Source: Octopus vulgaris
Lineage: Eukaryota
DNA length: 64,000 nt
NCBI GenBank assembly: GCA_951406725.2
Contig: OX597839.1
Coordinates: 30,070,001 to 30,134,000, forward strand
Reading direction: 5' to 3'
Under the pieces are notes generated by a model. It worked only from the letters and a program-made list of their open reading frames with translations, did no database searches and was not told where the DNA came from. This document shows positions 62,431 to 64,000 of this stretch, in pieces. Numbering within the stretch: position 1 is the stretch's first letter; each line of letters starts with the position of its first letter. Made by a program: the position numbers and the translations under genes.

Positions 62431-62968
62431 TTAAATAACTGGTGAGGGGCTGATAAAGGTTTTGTGAATCTGTGCTGCTTCCTCTTGCCTCCAACTTCAC
62501 CATCGCCCACCCCAAAAATGAATTGATATAACTACACTTCTACCTTCACCCCACCCCTTCCAAAAAATTGATGTCCACTGTTGACCACGCTTACCGTGTT
62601 TCACCATTCACTGCATTCACTCATATCTTCTGTCTCTGTCCATCAGCTACTTCCGTTTCACCCTCTTACCTGCCCATTCCCCCACTCCAATCATCTTGAC
62701 CATTCCTCTTATATTCACTTTCCTCTAACTTGAAGCAACACCTTGACCCCTTTTCCCCACCATCTTCTCTCCTTTTCCAACCTGGGTAGCCATTTATCTC
62801 CTCTACACCAAGCAAGGTACTTGGTGACCTCACTGATGCTTGTGCCACATGGAAAGCACCCACTACAGTCTGTGAAGTGTAGCAAGGGTATTCAACAGGT
62901 ACCAAAGTGGACATTAGGGTTTGATGCAGTGTCTATATATAGATTTAATCATGAAGCATTGTCTAATA

Positions 62969-63833
62969 CATGGTCTGATCAATAAGTATCCGGACTGTTG
63001 CCATAGTAATGAGGCTAAAGCACTCACACAGAGGGAAGCCACTTGGCACAAATTTACCTTGAACTCTGCTGTTAGTGCGCACTAAGTTTTAACATTCTAG
63101 CTCACTTCCACTGTTTACAGCAGTGCTTGGAAGGAAGGTGTGTAGCGTGCGATTGTCGCATTGACCATGACAGAGAAAGTTGAGCAGAGAATCTGCATCA
63201 AATTTTGTCAAAAACTTGGCGATATCTGTGCAAAGTTTTCATCATTCTCAACACAATCAAGGAGATCTTGTACGACCGAAAACCAAGTGTCTTTTTGGTC
63301 AACTGAAAGCAGTTTTGGCACAAACTTGGCAGACATGTGTCTCCTACCCAAATCTTCAAAGATAATGGACTGAACTGAACCGTAACTAATCTGCACATCC
63401 TCTAATAACTCACGGATGGTGAATTCACAATTTCCCCTCACAGCTGCACACACAGCTGCCATGTTTTTCTCAGTTCTGCTGGTTGCGGGTCTTGACAGAA
63501 CATTCATCAATATCAACATATTTTCAGCCATTTTGGAAACGTCTGAACCTCTCGTGCACTTGTGTGCAGCTCATACACTCCTCTCCAAACACTTTCTGCA
63601 ACTTTGCGTAGGCCTCCTAGCAGGTATCACCACGAGAACTTTCTCTGTCATGGTCAATACGACTATCACACGCTACACACCTTCCTTCCAAGCACTGCTG
63701 TAAACAGCAAAATTGAGCTACAATGTTAAAACTTAGTGCAGAGTTCAAGGTTAATCTTTGCCAAGCAGTTTCACTCTGCATGCTTTAGCTTTGTTACTAT
63801 GGTAACAGTCCAGATACTTATTGATCAGACCTC
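62969..63833. mobile_element. Mariner derivative built from two 5' ends in inverted orientation (5'-5' element)
   Basis: TIR-like GGTCTGATCAATAAGTATC at both ends; ~210-bp inverted arms; + MTEKVEQRICIKFCQKLG from 63167 and - MTEKV from 63651, continuing to TIRELLED...SAKFVPKLLS (WVPxxL-like). Confidence 0.88.
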
Positions 63834-63850
63834 TCTCTCTCTCTCACTAT

Positions 63851-63882
<32 letters not shown>

Positions 63883-64000
63883 GAATGGTTTTAATTATTT
63901 TAAAAAATATAAAATGGAAACAATGCAAGTTACAAGAAAATTAATAATCCAAGTTGATGGTTTATACTTTCACCTTGTACTTTAGTGTTTCAGGGTTAGG

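Overview
AT-rich, repeat-dense animal genomic DNA. The SINE/RTE repeat families look like those of an octopus or other coleoid cephalopod (inference, no database search run). Two spliced protein-coding genes, both on the + strand, can be assembled by hand from splice signals and reading phase. (1) A complete 8-coding-exon JmjC-domain 2-oxoglutarate/Fe(II) oxygenase (2973-20753, ~376 aa, JMJD4/6/8-like) has an N-terminal signal peptide, intact HxD...H metal ligands and a C-terminal KDEL-like REEL, so it is probably an ER-luminal hydroxylase. (2) The 5' part of a polyhomeotic (PHC/ph) Polycomb gene (31172 to >61046) has a conserved N-terminus and HD1 domain; its FCS and SAM exons lie beyond the window. 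Each gene has a CpG-rich putative promoter. Introns and intergenic DNA carry tRNA-derived SINEs, RTE and CR1/L2 LINE fragments, mariner derivatives, hAT, piggyBac-like and TA-flanked MITEs, and microsatellites. Most notable observations: two hammerhead-ribozyme-like motifs on opposite strands in one ph intron; an overlapping uORF and a probable GC-AG intron in the JmjC gene; a ~296-bp inverted duplication bracketing the JmjC promoter; 5'-5' and 3'-3' fold-back mariners; a twin-priming-like inverted RTE; and a pre-miRNA-sized hairpin in a repeat-poor intergenic island. All coordinates were read by eye, and repeat boundaries are approximate.
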